Source of the DNA: Phoronis australis
Lineage: Eukaryota; Animalia; Phoronida
Direction: 5' to 3'
Length of the DNA: 64,000 nucleotides
NCBI GenBank assembly: GCA_002633005.1
Contig: NMRA01000347.1
Coordinates: forward strand, 248,001-312,000
Part shown: positions 12,601-25,000 of the stretch, one piece after another
Numbering within the stretch: position 1 is the stretch's first letter
Layout of the letters: each line of letters opens with the position of its first letter
Notes under the pieces: generated by a model
Databases searched by the model: none
The model's input: the letters and a program-made list of their open reading frames with translations, nothing else
What the model was told of the DNA's origin: nothing
Program-made: the position numbers and the translations under genes

Positions 12601-15571
12601 GCTAACATAGTTTGCTACACAGCAGGCCACGGGAAAAACACTGTTTGCTCACCTGTGAAGTCATCTCCCAAATCTGAAAACTCAGTTTGTTGCGTCACCA
12701 ACACTGCTCCACTTTAGCGAAACAAGCAATATGGACACAAAAAGCTCGGCTCGTGAACCAAAAACACGACTCACGGACCACAAACACCACTCGTGGAACG
12801 TGAACACCGCTCACGGAGAGAAATGACGGCTCATGGACAGTAAATACGTCTCACATATCGAAAACTCGACTCACGGACACTTACTAAGTCATGTGCTAGT
12901 TTAGTGTTCATATAAATGCAGGAACCGTGTGTTTTTGGGATTCGTAGGCCGTGTTACATGTATGTAAGTAGCGGATGAGTATTCAAAGAAAATATGGATA
13001 AAGTTTACGCTAGATTGTTTGTGGTCAAATGTCTTTTAAGGAGTTGATAAATGAAAGGGGGGCGGAACGGGAATCTTTGAGATTTCGGAATTCATTTAGT
13101 CGCTTTTGTACTATCAATATGCTCATTCGTATACTTCACAGAGTCGAAGTCTTCTAAAGTGTGTGTCTCAATGATGCCGGAAGACGAAGAGCATTACAGA
13201 CGCGCTGGTAAACAGACAACCAGCGATGGCACAAGGCAGAGGCTAGAGGTAAACTAGCGCTGAGGCTCCCACCGTATTCGACTACTTGAACGCCAATTCC
13301 TTAAAGGACGTTTACATCAGTTTTGCACATGTCTTTGTCATCAAGAGAATTGCACAGAGGTGTCATCTACAGTTTTTTGACTATTGTCCGACTTGATAGA
13401 TCAATAAGTCATTTGCGTCTTTACTGATTCAAAAATCTGTCGCACTTCGGTTGCTTATTTTTCGAATAGTCCATTGGTTTTTGTCTTTTGACTCTTCTGA
13501 AAATCACTCTGTTCTTGTTTTATGAAAGCTCTTTACGACTGAAAGTCAGAAAATCTGTCTGGCAACTAGAAGTCAAAAGCAGAAATCCGCAGCCTTCTCA
13601 ACTAGGCAGTTAGACAAAACATTTCGAGAAACAGAAAATACAAAATAAACAACCTTTGACTTTCGGTGGTCAGGCTTCTGATTTTTGGCTTAAGTCAAGC
13701 GACAAACGGCAATAGTCTAACCATGGGAACACCCGCTCGAATGAGCCCCCCCAATTTGGCGAATTGAACAAAAAATGTCGGTCTCAAAGAAACAAAAAGT
13801 TCGAGTAAACGAGACAAAAGTCCACAAAGTCCACAAGAAGTCGGCGCGGATCCACAATTCGTAGGCTTGAAACTAGTCGCCCCCCTTTTTAGTCCTCATT
13901 GATTTTTGCCAGTAAAAGGTCCGCAAAATGAAAAAATTAGATCACCCCTATATTTTAGTCTGGGTGCGCGCATGCTAACGGCTGTACCAAAACCACATGA
14001 TCCTAACTACATGGACGTACTTTCTGTCTGTGGCGCGTACCCGAGTAGGAGTTTTATTGGCTTTCCCTGTTCTTGTTTGTTTACTTATCACTGTTTACGT
14101 AACGTCGTACAGCCTATAAGGAAACTGAACACATGTGTAACGATAAATTAGAACCATGGACTTCTGTCCATACTGAAATCGGAACCCATCCGGAACACCT
14201 CGGATATTTTTGCAGCTTCAGAGGTGAACGTTTTTGGTGTACAGTGTGCAACTTCAGTCAGACGGTCAATCATTCGCTAGTCTGTACGCCAATAGAAAGC
14301 CAAATGACGCATCAAGATGACTGAGATCCGCACGTGCACCGGCAGGCAAAAAAAGCCATAACCGATGAAAAAGTTGAGGCCGCGAAACTAACCGATGTGT
14401 TCCGAATACTCATTAGAATCCTGCCACGAGTTGCAGTGTACCTGTGTCAAATCATGCACAGCTTCAAAAGTGGAAAATATCCGTTTATCTACTGGATCTT
14501 TTAAGTTTCACCCACAGTCTACTATGGCAAGCAATTAGACGACACAATATGCTGTTATTCTTCAACTTTTCTCCAATTCTATCGTTCAGAATACAATGAC
14601 GTCAAGACTGGATGTATGTGCGAGTTAGCTACGAAAAAAATTGCAGCAGTCGGGTACCGAGAATCACACGAGAACTTGAATGTCCTTTTGACAACTTCGG
14701 GAGGTGGTATGGTGGGAAAATTTCGGTTGATCCTTACTCCAATTACGACAAATTAACATAGATCTCAACTATGGAAATTTAATCCAGCCGTGGGGTAAAA
14801 TATGGCAGCGTTATTCAACGATTCAGTTACAACATCCAGAGATTATACAATCGCCAACCACACCGCGGGTATTAGCGAACTGGGTGGTAGTGGTGGCATC
14901 TCGTTCAAAACACGGGGTAGTCGTGTGCACCAGTGGCGCCATCTTCTGGCTAGTTGAATGGGACTTTAGCAACCGTTTGTTAGCATCACCTACATGTAGG
15001 CATCTAGGTGACATTTACGTAACAAACTCAGCATGTGACGTAAATACCCAGCACAAGGGCCTCGTCTTGGCTCTACATTCAATTTCATTGGCCACACACG
15101 GATGTCGGACACAGTAAGTACCGAGTAGGATCGTGCGTTTGTTCAATGCACGGTGATTAATGCAAAATTTTATGCCGGACTTTTGCCGTTAGCGCCATTT
15201 TCTCTTGATCACTCTCTCTTGTTCCGTTGATTATAACACATGCCAAAGGAACACATGCCAAAGGAACAGTATCTCCAAGGTAACCAAGGGTTTTATTTAT
15301 TCTACACGTAGGCCTAACATGAAGAACGGTCCTGTTCCCCTTTTAAGTTGGGAATTTGACACTTACTGATAACGATACAACTCTCCTCTTTTTCGTGTAA
15401 TATCACGGTGCTTTATCTTAATATTACATATAATCATTCCAGGACATGCCGGAAGTAGTTGAGTGGTACGAGAACAATGATCGAGCAATGCCGAGATATT
15501 ACGACGAAGACGGAAATCCACTTCCGGTCCGCTACGAGGCTCCAGTTGTTGGTGAACTTAGACAAGAAGAG
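651..15571 (+). CDS. 3' portion of an uncharacterised multi-exon protein-coding gene (5' end outside the window)
   Basis: Phase-compatible GT-AG exons: 651-787, 3150-3180 (weak donor), 3525-3883, 10739-10859, 11268-11408, 12367-12460, 13142-13248, 15443-15571. Peptides include GIPNRYVHLFDEDPFGKRAFYRG, EVLVEFSFFRFGKYPELLWGRK, EMAGMHVRRRLEHLMG, DKETGIWPKTGEIK, DMPEVVEWYENNDRAMPRYYDEDGNPLP. No family recognised; the 3' end is uncertain. Confidence 0.7.
8809..8965. repeat. Minisatellite, ~31-bp unit x5
   Basis: TACTGGCCGTGGTCCATTAGTCGCAGAAGGC repeated with variation. Confidence 0.9.
11518..12246 (-). mobile_element. MITE family B copy (inverted, truncated at N 11517)
   Basis: Ends CCTAGATCCGCCACTG; reverse complement of ~36150-36830. 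Confidence 0.85.
13722..13974. mobile_element. MITE family C
   Basis: CATGGGAACACCC...GCTCGAATGAGCCCCC...CTGGGTGCGCGCATG; related copies at ~20213-20431, ~34811-35028, ~61678-61891. Confidence 0.65.
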
Positions 15572-15583
15572 GTGAGAAAACCA

Positions 15584-16155
15584 CCCAGTAAACATGCAGG
15601 TACTGGGCCAATACTGGCCCTGAAATGTCTTCTGTATTGGCCCAGTGATGTAGGCCAGTACTGGCCCAATAACATTCTGCACACCTTCCCCGTATTGGCC
15701 CCGATACAAGATTGCGGTATCTAGCCAGTAAAGGACCAGTACCACGCCATTACTGGGCCAGTACACCAATAACCGGTTTCGGCCCTGTAAAGGGCCAGTA
15801 TTGACAGATTGTGTTGGCCCNNNNNNNNNNNNNNNNNNNNNNNNNNNNNNNNNNNNNNNNNNNNNNNNNNNNNNNNNNNNNNNNNNNNNNNNNNNNNNNN
15901 NNNNNNNNNNNNNNNNNNNNNAAAAAAATCAAAAGTTTTAGCCTTCCTGTGGGCAAGCCTCTAACTGCCCTCTTGTGTTCAAGTCTGTGTTTACCGGTCC
16001 AATACCGGCGAGCCGCTAAGGGAAAGTTCACTGGGTTAGTGTCGTGGGGACGGTACTGGGCCATTCGTGGCCCAGAAACGTAAACCGGTATACGGTACAA
16101 GTGTTATCAAGCAACTGAAATCCAGTACTGGGCCAATACTGTCATGTTTACTGGG
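15584..16155. mobile_element. Non-autonomous CACTA/EnSpm-like element (contains assembly gap)
   Basis: TIR CCCAGTAAACATG/CATGTTTACTGGG; 2-bp TSD CA; many TACTGGGCCA subrepeats; empty site in paralog at ~57980. Confidence 0.85.
15821..15921. other. Assembly gap
   Basis: Run of N; single Ns also at 11517, 37063, 56200, 61475. Confidence 0.99.
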
Positions 16156-18699
16156 CACTTAAAAAGTAGTTGGCACCTTGTATTTCATACTTTGTTCCCA
16201 GGGAGATTGTCCAGTCATAAACTTTCATCCCATATGGCAAAATTGTCGGCCATTAGCCACTATTAAGCATCATATACACCTGTAGAAAGTAGCAATAGTC
16301 CCGCATTGGACTCTCTTCTTTAGCGGAGGTAGAAAACTGTCCTACATCTATAAATCCAAGGTACACATAAATGCATTAATGAGAAATATTTACAATAGGT
16401 AATGCGCACTCAGCAGTGATTATTTGATTTTTTTGTCAAATCCTTGCTGCCTGCGTTGCAACTCAATATGGCGTGATGCATGCAAGTTTGCCTGCATTCT
16501 AACGATTAATTACATGATAGCTAGGATAGTAAGTCGTAAAATTTGCACGTGATGAAGCATGACACGTGTGTCGAATTATGGGGAAATATCTTAAACATGA
16601 CAGTGGTGTAGAAAGACTTGTCATACTAAACATCCCCATTAGGGATGCTTCTTTTCAAATTCTTAGTAAAATTTTATCGTGACTTATCACCCATGAAACC
16701 GAGGCTATCTCGGCAAAGAAAATTCATTTGCGTGGGCGTGTTTAAGATAGCTTTTGATATACCTCGTTTGACTACTATGCCCAAATTCATACCGAAAATT
16801 TCGGCTTTCCAGTCTCTAGATATTTTTATTAAACACTGTTTTGATTCCTAAGAACCCATACATTTTGGCCATTTCAGACCGTGCAAGGTTTATACACAGT
16901 TGCTAACAAGATAATTGCTTGAAGCCACATAGGAAGAAGAAAGGACTATATTATATGGAGAAGCACCCATCGATGACGTCATTCATGAAAACGAGTCATA
17001 ATATCTACACGTTTATATAGGCAAAGTTTCGCTTAATCTCAATAAAAAGAAATCACATCATAAATTGCACGAATTGCTGTTTTGTTTAAATCAAGAACCC
17101 TGATGGAACATTTTCGTTATTTATACTTTGCGTCTCACTTAAGAGACGGCAATTAGGCCATCCCAGCCAATGAGCTACACATATAGGGATGACGCCACTA
17201 TACTCGCAAGCCAGACAGCGCGTGTCACGCGGTCCGCCATAACGATGATGAACGATTTGTAAACAGAAGCACGGTGGCCTTATGGAAGCCGGGGAATGTT
17301 CAGAATAAAATTTGAAATTGTAAATACTAACAAGGTTATAAAATTTTGGTAACGTAAAACATTGTAAACCTGTGACCCACGCATTGCTTAAATGAGCATG
17401 CCATCCAAAGAACAACCTAATTTGTATCAATTTAAATCGAGTAGTTCTACTCCATAACGACACGTACGGTTGCGTTACCTGACACCTGACGGCAGACGGA
17501 GGTGTTGAAATTATCCAATGACGTCATCGGTTTCACCCTCAGTCTGTTCAGCAGTTCGCAACACGGGTTACTGATGTCAGCTTATCGCTTGAAGGCATCG
17601 TTTAACACCAATAAATCATCAAACTTCGATGTAAAACCCTTAAAAATACACCGAGTTCTTATAGAAACGTGTTGTTTTATTTCGCTCTTACGGATTTATT
17701 GGTATTTGGACACACCGTAGCCTACATTGTTCGGCAGGCCAATAAGGTCCGTAGCAGGAGTTTGGGGTCTGTTCGGAGATAATTTCAAAGTATTTTCCGT
17801 GAGATACAGATTTGTGTTGTTTAGACTTGTGATTTTTTTAGTTCTAAACACAAAACGCTTGTTAGGCTGGCTAATAGCTAGTAGCACGGATCAGGCCCGT
17901 CGCGGCCGGCCGAATTGACTCGTTATCTCCGCCAGTGGCTCGGAAACTGATCAGACATCACGAACATAAACCAGCCACAGTTCAGTGGAAACTAAAATTC
18001 CATTCAAGAAAATACTATACTGGTGAGCCAAAGTAATGTGCACCTGATTATGTTGGTGAATTCGCCACGAAACTGCAAATCTACTTACTCCGCGTCGGGG
18101 GCCGCGAATTAAGGTTCCGCTTTGGCCACAGCACCGTCAGGGCAGAAGTTGTACATTGAGTTATGTAAATGTAAATAACGATTCCCCTAACACCTGGCCG
18201 TGGGATGGAAATCGAGTTCTTTCACAACAGTTTCTGCCAGCAAACAGAAATTAGCATGAGCTCACACGGCCTAGGTGTCCCGTCAATTAGTTTTATCGCA
18301 CCTGAAGCCGGTAAGGCAGTGAATTATTCATTGTTGACTTCTGAAATCATTTGCACTCAAGAACACTCCAAGGCATTACAAATTGCATCTAACGGGACAG
18401 ACTTTGTTTCAGTTTTATGTAAGTATTGGTTGGGGTGAGAATAATTCATTTTGAAACAGAACGCTCAGTAATAAACGCCAACATGGCAACTCGCAATTCC
18501 CGCCGACTTAGGACGAGCTAGAGCTCATCAGTCCCGACTTCGCAGGTGGATCGTTAAGTTTTACAGGCTATTAATTCGAACAGGAATACAGTGATGAAGA
18601 AATACTAGAGAGGCGCCGTGAACAAGCTCAGACAACGCAATGTATGGAGTTAGTTGATAAGCCGGCATTCGTCAGGCACTGTCCGACGGTCGACGTCTG

Positions 18700-18830
18700 C
18701 ACTGGCCATAGACACGAAGATGGCCTTATACTTGCTATTTACAGCGTACATTTCATTCTTCACTACCGTGAGCCACTTTCTAAGCATTTCGGACTCTCGA
18801 GGAAGTAAAAAAACGATAAACCCGCTTTCC
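18700..18830 (-). mobile_element. Possible degenerate THAP relic in a copy-A-specific insertion
   Basis: FLLPRESEMLRKWLTVVK resembles the THAP F-P...W core, but CSxHF is missing. Confidence 0.35.
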
Positions 18831-20479
18831 TCGCAGCTGCTTAGTTCGGACAAGCGGGAACGATCCACCGCAACATAGCGACATTCACTCTGCCTATGAA
18901 CCACTGACGTCGCTAGTGTCGTTTCTCACCTTCCTCACAGGTTAACGCGACACTTCTTAGCAAGGTAAGGTCGACCGTATGCGAGGCGATGTGGATATAG
19001 ACCGATTAAGACGGCAAAAAAGACTAATTAAATCGGGTTGCCTTCTCCTTCAGACGGTCATATAAGCCATTGCAAAGACAAAATTCCTAATGCTTTGGCT
19101 GAAATTCTCACGGAGTGCTGCTAGGGCCTGGGAGATTTTGCCGGCTCAGTCAAAAAGACAATCACTGAAATGTATAAAGTTTAGAAAATGGTATTATACA
19201 GTTTTTTTTAATGTTTATTACGAAATCTTCAGAATACCATGAATAAACATAACCCAGAAAGCGCCAAGAGGCATTAGATCTGGGTAAAAAAATACAAAGA
19301 AGTCTATATACAATGATTATATACGAACACATATTATACAGTGTTTAATCTTCTTTCTTGCTATAATTGTGTAGTATCCATTTTTCAGTTCCGGTTGTTT
19401 ATAAACCGACAAGACGGCCGCTCTCAGACGCAACATTACATCACTGCATTCCCAAAGTTTTAGTATGAGTCTAAAATTTTTTTGACCCAACACCACTTGA
19501 TTAATTCGAACGAGGAGATATGAGGCATGCGTTCGTCTGAAACATTTGAACACAAAGTAGAAAAATAGGAACCCATGGAAATCGATGAGCAATATTCGTG
19601 CGTGTAAAGTAGTGTCATTCATTGTATGCAACAATTGACCAATGGAACAGTACATGTTAGTCTACATGTGCGTATTCGGAATTAAGAGCATAGGCCGGTT
19701 TGAATAAAAGTTGACAGCATCTACTGCTTTCGTGAATATTCAGCAGTGACATATATACAGGTGGAAAGCGCTCCCCAGAGAGAGAGGCCCCCATAGAAAC
19801 ACAATTTTGCTTTACCTAAAATTATCTGTTTGAATTTAAAAATCAATTTTGCTGCATAATCTGTTCATAACAAGTTTTCTCGGGATTGTTCGAAGCATGG
19901 ATTGGTTAACAACAAGGTTTTAACTGACGTCAGCAAATTATCCGGGTACGTGCCCACCTCGCTTCTTACGGCCTTGGGTTTAGTTCAGTAACGCTAGGAC
20001 CTCGCTTAAAAGCAGGACTTCGCGAGATTAGGTGAGATATTGCCGTGTACTACTAGCGTGGGTCCTTCTGTTACTGTACTCTAATCTAGTCTACTCGTGT
20101 TCTTTTCAATGAACCACGTTTCCGTGTCTTTCAAGTATTTTTCCGAAAACACTGGTACACTCATAGCAAACTACAATATCAACGTCATTACCGAATTTCT
20201 TTTGATATGGATACGTGGGCGCACACGGTCGTGGGCTCGGGGAGCTCGAACGAGCCCCCAATTTTGCGAATTGGACAAGAACAAAAAGGTCCGCCTAGGC
20301 GAAACATTTCGTAGGCCTGAACCTAGTGGCCCGTTTTTTTTTCGTTTTTTCTAAGTTCTCGTTTATTTTTGTCAGTAAAAGAAAAAAGAAAAGTTCGAGC
20401 CCCCCTATATTTTAGTCTGAGTGCGCATGTGGATATTTAAGAAAAATCTCATAAACAATATGCATGTAGGCTTAACATG

Positions 20480-20485
20480 TTTATT
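20480..20485 (-). promoter_or_regulatory. Candidate polyadenylation signal for the C3-like gene
   Basis: AATAAA on the minus strand, conserved in the duplicate at 63686-63691. Confidence 0.4.
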
Positions 20486-21949
20486 CCTCAACACAGCATA
20501 ACAAGACAGATCACAAAAGTGGTCATAGAACAGTAATACTGGCAAAAACACACTTACAGACGAAGTGTAAGAGAAGGCAGCGCCTCCCAGTGGGATAATG
20601 GTCCGCTTCTTTTACCCAAGATCGTGGGATCAGGTCACATTGGAACACACTGAGAGATGGGTCAGGCTTCTAGCTCCGCAGCTGCAGTTTTTAATCCATA
20701 CTACGCAAGCATCAGTAGAATGGACCACTTGAGAGGCCTGCGACCGTCTGGTATAAGACAGTCACGATTTTTTTAAAGATTCAGCGTGGTAGTGACATAA
20801 TAGCAAGCATCCCTTATCCACTGAAGTCAAGGCGGAGATTTAAAAAAAAAATCTGGCTCGAAAAGGCATACAAGTATGCAAAAAATACATATTTGAAGAG
20901 AACCCTATCAGACACATAAGCCCAGTGTGTGGTAGAAATAGTTATAATGTGTATACATACAGACGAATGCAAGCGCAGTCAAAATAGTATTATGCAGTTC
21001 ACTTCCTAATGCTATTAACAAAAGAGAGACAGATCACATTTGTTGAAACACACAGAGGAAATGGCAAGCATTGCACACGACCGATCCATTTCGTAGGAGA
21101 CATTGTAGTGATCGCAACCAGGAAGGGTAGCCTCCTAGAGAACCAACGGTTTTGCAGCGCGGCGATGTTCCTTCTGTCCGTTGCTCTGGTGATTCACTCT
21201 ACCACTCCTTCTTCATTATATCAATGCAAAGAAAAGGAAAGGAATTTAATTAAAAGCTGCAGCACGGAAGCATTTCTCGTCATCAACGAGATTTCGAGCA
21301 ATTTATCTCAGCGCCTAAACTATCACAAAAGATATCTTAATGTTAGCATACTCCACAATTCGGAGAAATTTGTAATGAATGGTTACTTTTAGTAGCTCCT
21401 GGGCGTTACCAATTTTCTCTCATCTATTAGAGACAACTTTTAGCTGGAGTCGTCTGTCTGTGGTCCTTGGATGAGTTTTTAAAATCGTCAACAAAAACTA
21501 TGTATGGGCGTTGTGTCTGCAGTGGATACATTTGCGAGTTGTTCGAGGAGCACAAGTCCCGGTGGCTGCAAGGAATTTCTTCAAAAAGGGAGTCCAAATC
21601 ATTAATTTGAAAATTATATATTTGATGTCACTAATATTATGTTGAAAAGGGGGGTCACAATAGTTAGGTAATAACGAGTGTCGCCTGTGACAATACTTCT
21701 CAGTTTCGGCAATATTTCATGAAAGCAAACGAAAAGAAGTCTTTGATTAAGAAAACAGGAATAACCGCACCCAACTTCTGGCAATGTGATCTCTGGTGAC
21801 TTACACGTTCGCGTTCGCATTGAAAGTGCAGCCGAAGGTTCGTATTGTAATACAGCGCATGCGTGAACATGTAGCCTATGGTGACCCATACGTTTACGTT
21901 TGTGTTAGGTGTAGCCAAAGCTCTCTCATACCAAATAAACTCCCTTACC

Positions 21950-22050
21950 TTACATGTAACTACAGGAGGTGGTTGAATTACTGATGATGGGCTGTAATAG
22001 CTCGCTGTCATTGTTTGGATGGTAGAAGTCTGTGCACCTCGAAGTGGAAT
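21950..22050 (-). CDS. C3-like: C3-like exon 22 (MG8 end/anchor, stop codon)
   Basis: [33 protein letters not shown]; TAA at 21952-21950 followed by G|GTAAGG. Confidence 0.85.
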
Positions 22051-25000
22051 CTAGGAAACAGAACACAACAAAGCATTAGTAATGTGCACGCGACTTGGGC
22101 CTCGTTTTCATCATAAAATCAACAGCTGTACTTTTTAAAGACAGATAAAAATAAGCATTATAGGAACACCTTTTTGAAAATTTTATGGAATCTAAACTAG
22201 TTACAGTGTATAGATTGTGAAAAATTTCGAAAGAGGTTACTTTTTTAAATGTAACCTTAAATTAACTGATAGCCACTAGTAGGCATGCACGAGCAGCCAA
22301 CCGTTACAGCGTACTCTTGAAAATAAACGTGTAAGCATGGCCGAAAAGCACAAGGACTTCTCTATCAAAATTACCTCTGTCTTGAGGTTCCCAATTGATA
22401 GCGACAGGCTGAGTCTTGCCGATCTTGTATCGTTGTTCGATGAAGAACTCGAGACATACCACTCTGTCACGCGGAACCTGCAACAGCCGCGAGTTAACTA
22501 CTGTTATACCAGGACACTCCTTACGCTATACATGTATAACATGAGGTGGTAACAAAGGGTCGTCGCTGGTGTGTGAGAACTGACGGATCTAGCAAGTCGA
22601 AAAGGGGTCACAGGTTTTGAAGAAAAACCCAGTGGCGTAGGTAGCAAAATCGGCGTTTTTAATCTACCAGCAACGGGGGTCGGAGGGGAGGGCCGGTCCC
22701 TGTCCCCTTAAATCCGCCTTCATTTGAAACTCCAAAATGAAATGCGGATTGCCATTTTTATGTCGCAAGCTATTGTTTGATTTGTGAGAGCCATGGCACG
22801 GACTTCAGCATGTCTCATGGTTATCGCCTACAGGACACTTCTGTTGTTTTCCTTTGTTGCATCTACATGTACGTTGGACCTAACAATAGAGGTCGCATCG
22901 ATATCATACCTTGGACACACATCAGCCGGTTACCGACACATGCTTGTCATTATCTTTATTATAAGAAAAAAAGAAAGTGAGCAACGAATACGCTGATTGT
23001 TCGATATCTATGCAACGAGATTGCGACCCAGTTTCCCGTGGGAACGGAGAGTCCCATAACAAGGATGGACTTTAATTTTGTAAATCACGGGGTAGAAATG
23101 GGAAAGACTGGGTTGTAAACATATTGTCTGAAAAGAACTTGCGCTGCCTGGCAACCGGTTAAAATCAGATTGTACATGTACACTGTACGTACAGGTATGT
23201 ATCTATCTTTATATTAGTATGATTTTCGCCACATGCTGTCGTAGTTTCGAATAAATCAGGACGAAATTGTTTTCATACATCCTAGTAGGTTCTTACTGTG
23301 TACAGAGGGATTCGTGTAATTTCAGTTGCATGTGAAATGTAACTCTTATTGTAAATGCAACGGTATATTTGGATTGGAAGTAACACTACATTACATTTCG
23401 GGAAATCAATACTACAGATATTTGACATGAAGACATTCCGCATTTGTCTGAATCTTCCCTCTGACTAGTCTTCCAAAATACGCCACTGAGCAGCATTAAG
23501 AATCGGTGACAAAACTGATTTAAATGCAATTTCTACACTTAGGAGCAATGCATTATGGGAAACTTTACCTTCGAGAGCTGAAGTATGATTGTCCTTGAGG
23601 TAATATGGTAATTCTCGACAAAAGTGATCGAGTTGCACATAATCTGGAATTCAAAGCCAAGAACTTGACGTGATAATTTATTTGTATGTTCCTAACTATA
23701 GCAGGAACTAAACGACAATGCTATTTCAACGTAATCTACACGAAACAAAGTGCAGTTGTATTCATTGACAACTTGTAATTGTGAAAAAAATGCATGATTT
23801 TCGCCACAAAACTCGTCCTTAAAAATATTTGGCAATTTTCAACCTACTTCATATTCATATCGTAGCTACATGTTGCGTGTTTTTATTAATTTACCGAAAC
23901 GATCACAGAGACAAGGAATTAGCAGCGTGCAAGTTGCAATTCAAACGATCTAGTACGTACATGTATGATCTGTGACAAGAACGACTGCTCGTTGCTCAGT
24001 CTGATTATCATATAAGGCCACACCAAGTAAGAAAAAGTGTAGTCCTGTGTCCGGTTGCATGGAGCTGTTGCAATTATGGTAAGGCCAGCCAAATAACTTG
24101 CGTATAGTACTGGACTTTGCTTACATGTACTTGAGTTAACGCCGTTTTCGACCGTCTATCACGGACTTCAGCTTATCTAGTGGTTTACTATTGTTCTAGT
24201 CGATAGGTGGCGTTTTAGTCCAGTATTGGACTTGATTTTTTTCCATATCTTATTGATTTGGATACTATTGCATGACATTTTGTTAAAGGTGAAAACGGAA
24301 AGCCTCACTTGATTCCGTGAATAAATGTACGTCGTGGAATTACTAAGTCGAACTGTTGAGTTTCGTGTAATTTGAATAGTTATCGGAAAGGGACCTGTTT
24401 ATGGCCACCGTGGTCAAAAAAGCCAAAAATGCTAAAAACCCACATTCACACGAAGACACAAATAAACGTAGCGGTTTTAAGTAAAGTAATAGCATACCAA
24501 ACGTTCTAACGATGCCGTGATGGGCTCAAATCCGCTGAAGAGACCGACGTCTATCTCCATTTCTCGACTGGTCAGGAACCTGCAGGAAAACGGAAGATAG
24601 CGCTTTCATGAAACATGCTACGTGCTAAGTGCATGATACCCGTACAGCTCCAAAGCACAAACATTCTGTACCCGGTACACTCCTGGATAGAGCTGATCGT
24701 TACATCACTGGCTACCGTGACTATGTCGAAGAGTCATGTTGAAGATGCTTTGCGAGCTAATGGGCTTCCAGGAATGGATGTTCACAGACCCCCTTGTAGT
24801 AAATCTACTGAAAAACTCCATGGTCCCTCCGTTGCCATCCCATAATAAGAGGATTGTCTGAACGTCTACAACACACTTATAGAACCCACGGAATTTCTTC
24901 TCACGTAAAACCTATCAACTCCCTCCTTTCCCTACTAGTCAGACCCAAAGACCCAACCCCGATGGCTAAACAATGTGGGGACATATATGTACCAGCTGAA

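Larger units (their letters stand above)
12330..20797 (+). repeat. Segmental duplication, copy A
   Basis: Collinear similarity with 53420-64000 (e.g. 12410~53495, 13140~54388, 14870~57345, 16980~58780, 19790~63010, 20750~63950), interrupted by copy-specific insertions. Confidence 0.9.

Noticed and set aside
13142-13174. CaaX-like terminus (CVSQ*) for the plus-strand gene
   Set aside because: Requires phase 0 entry; the upstream exon 12367-12460 ends in phase 1 and that frame continues to the next exon.
21700-22011. [19 protein letters not shown] as the C3 continuation
   Set aside because: Wrong frame; the phase-1 frame gives the conserved CTDFYHP and then stops.
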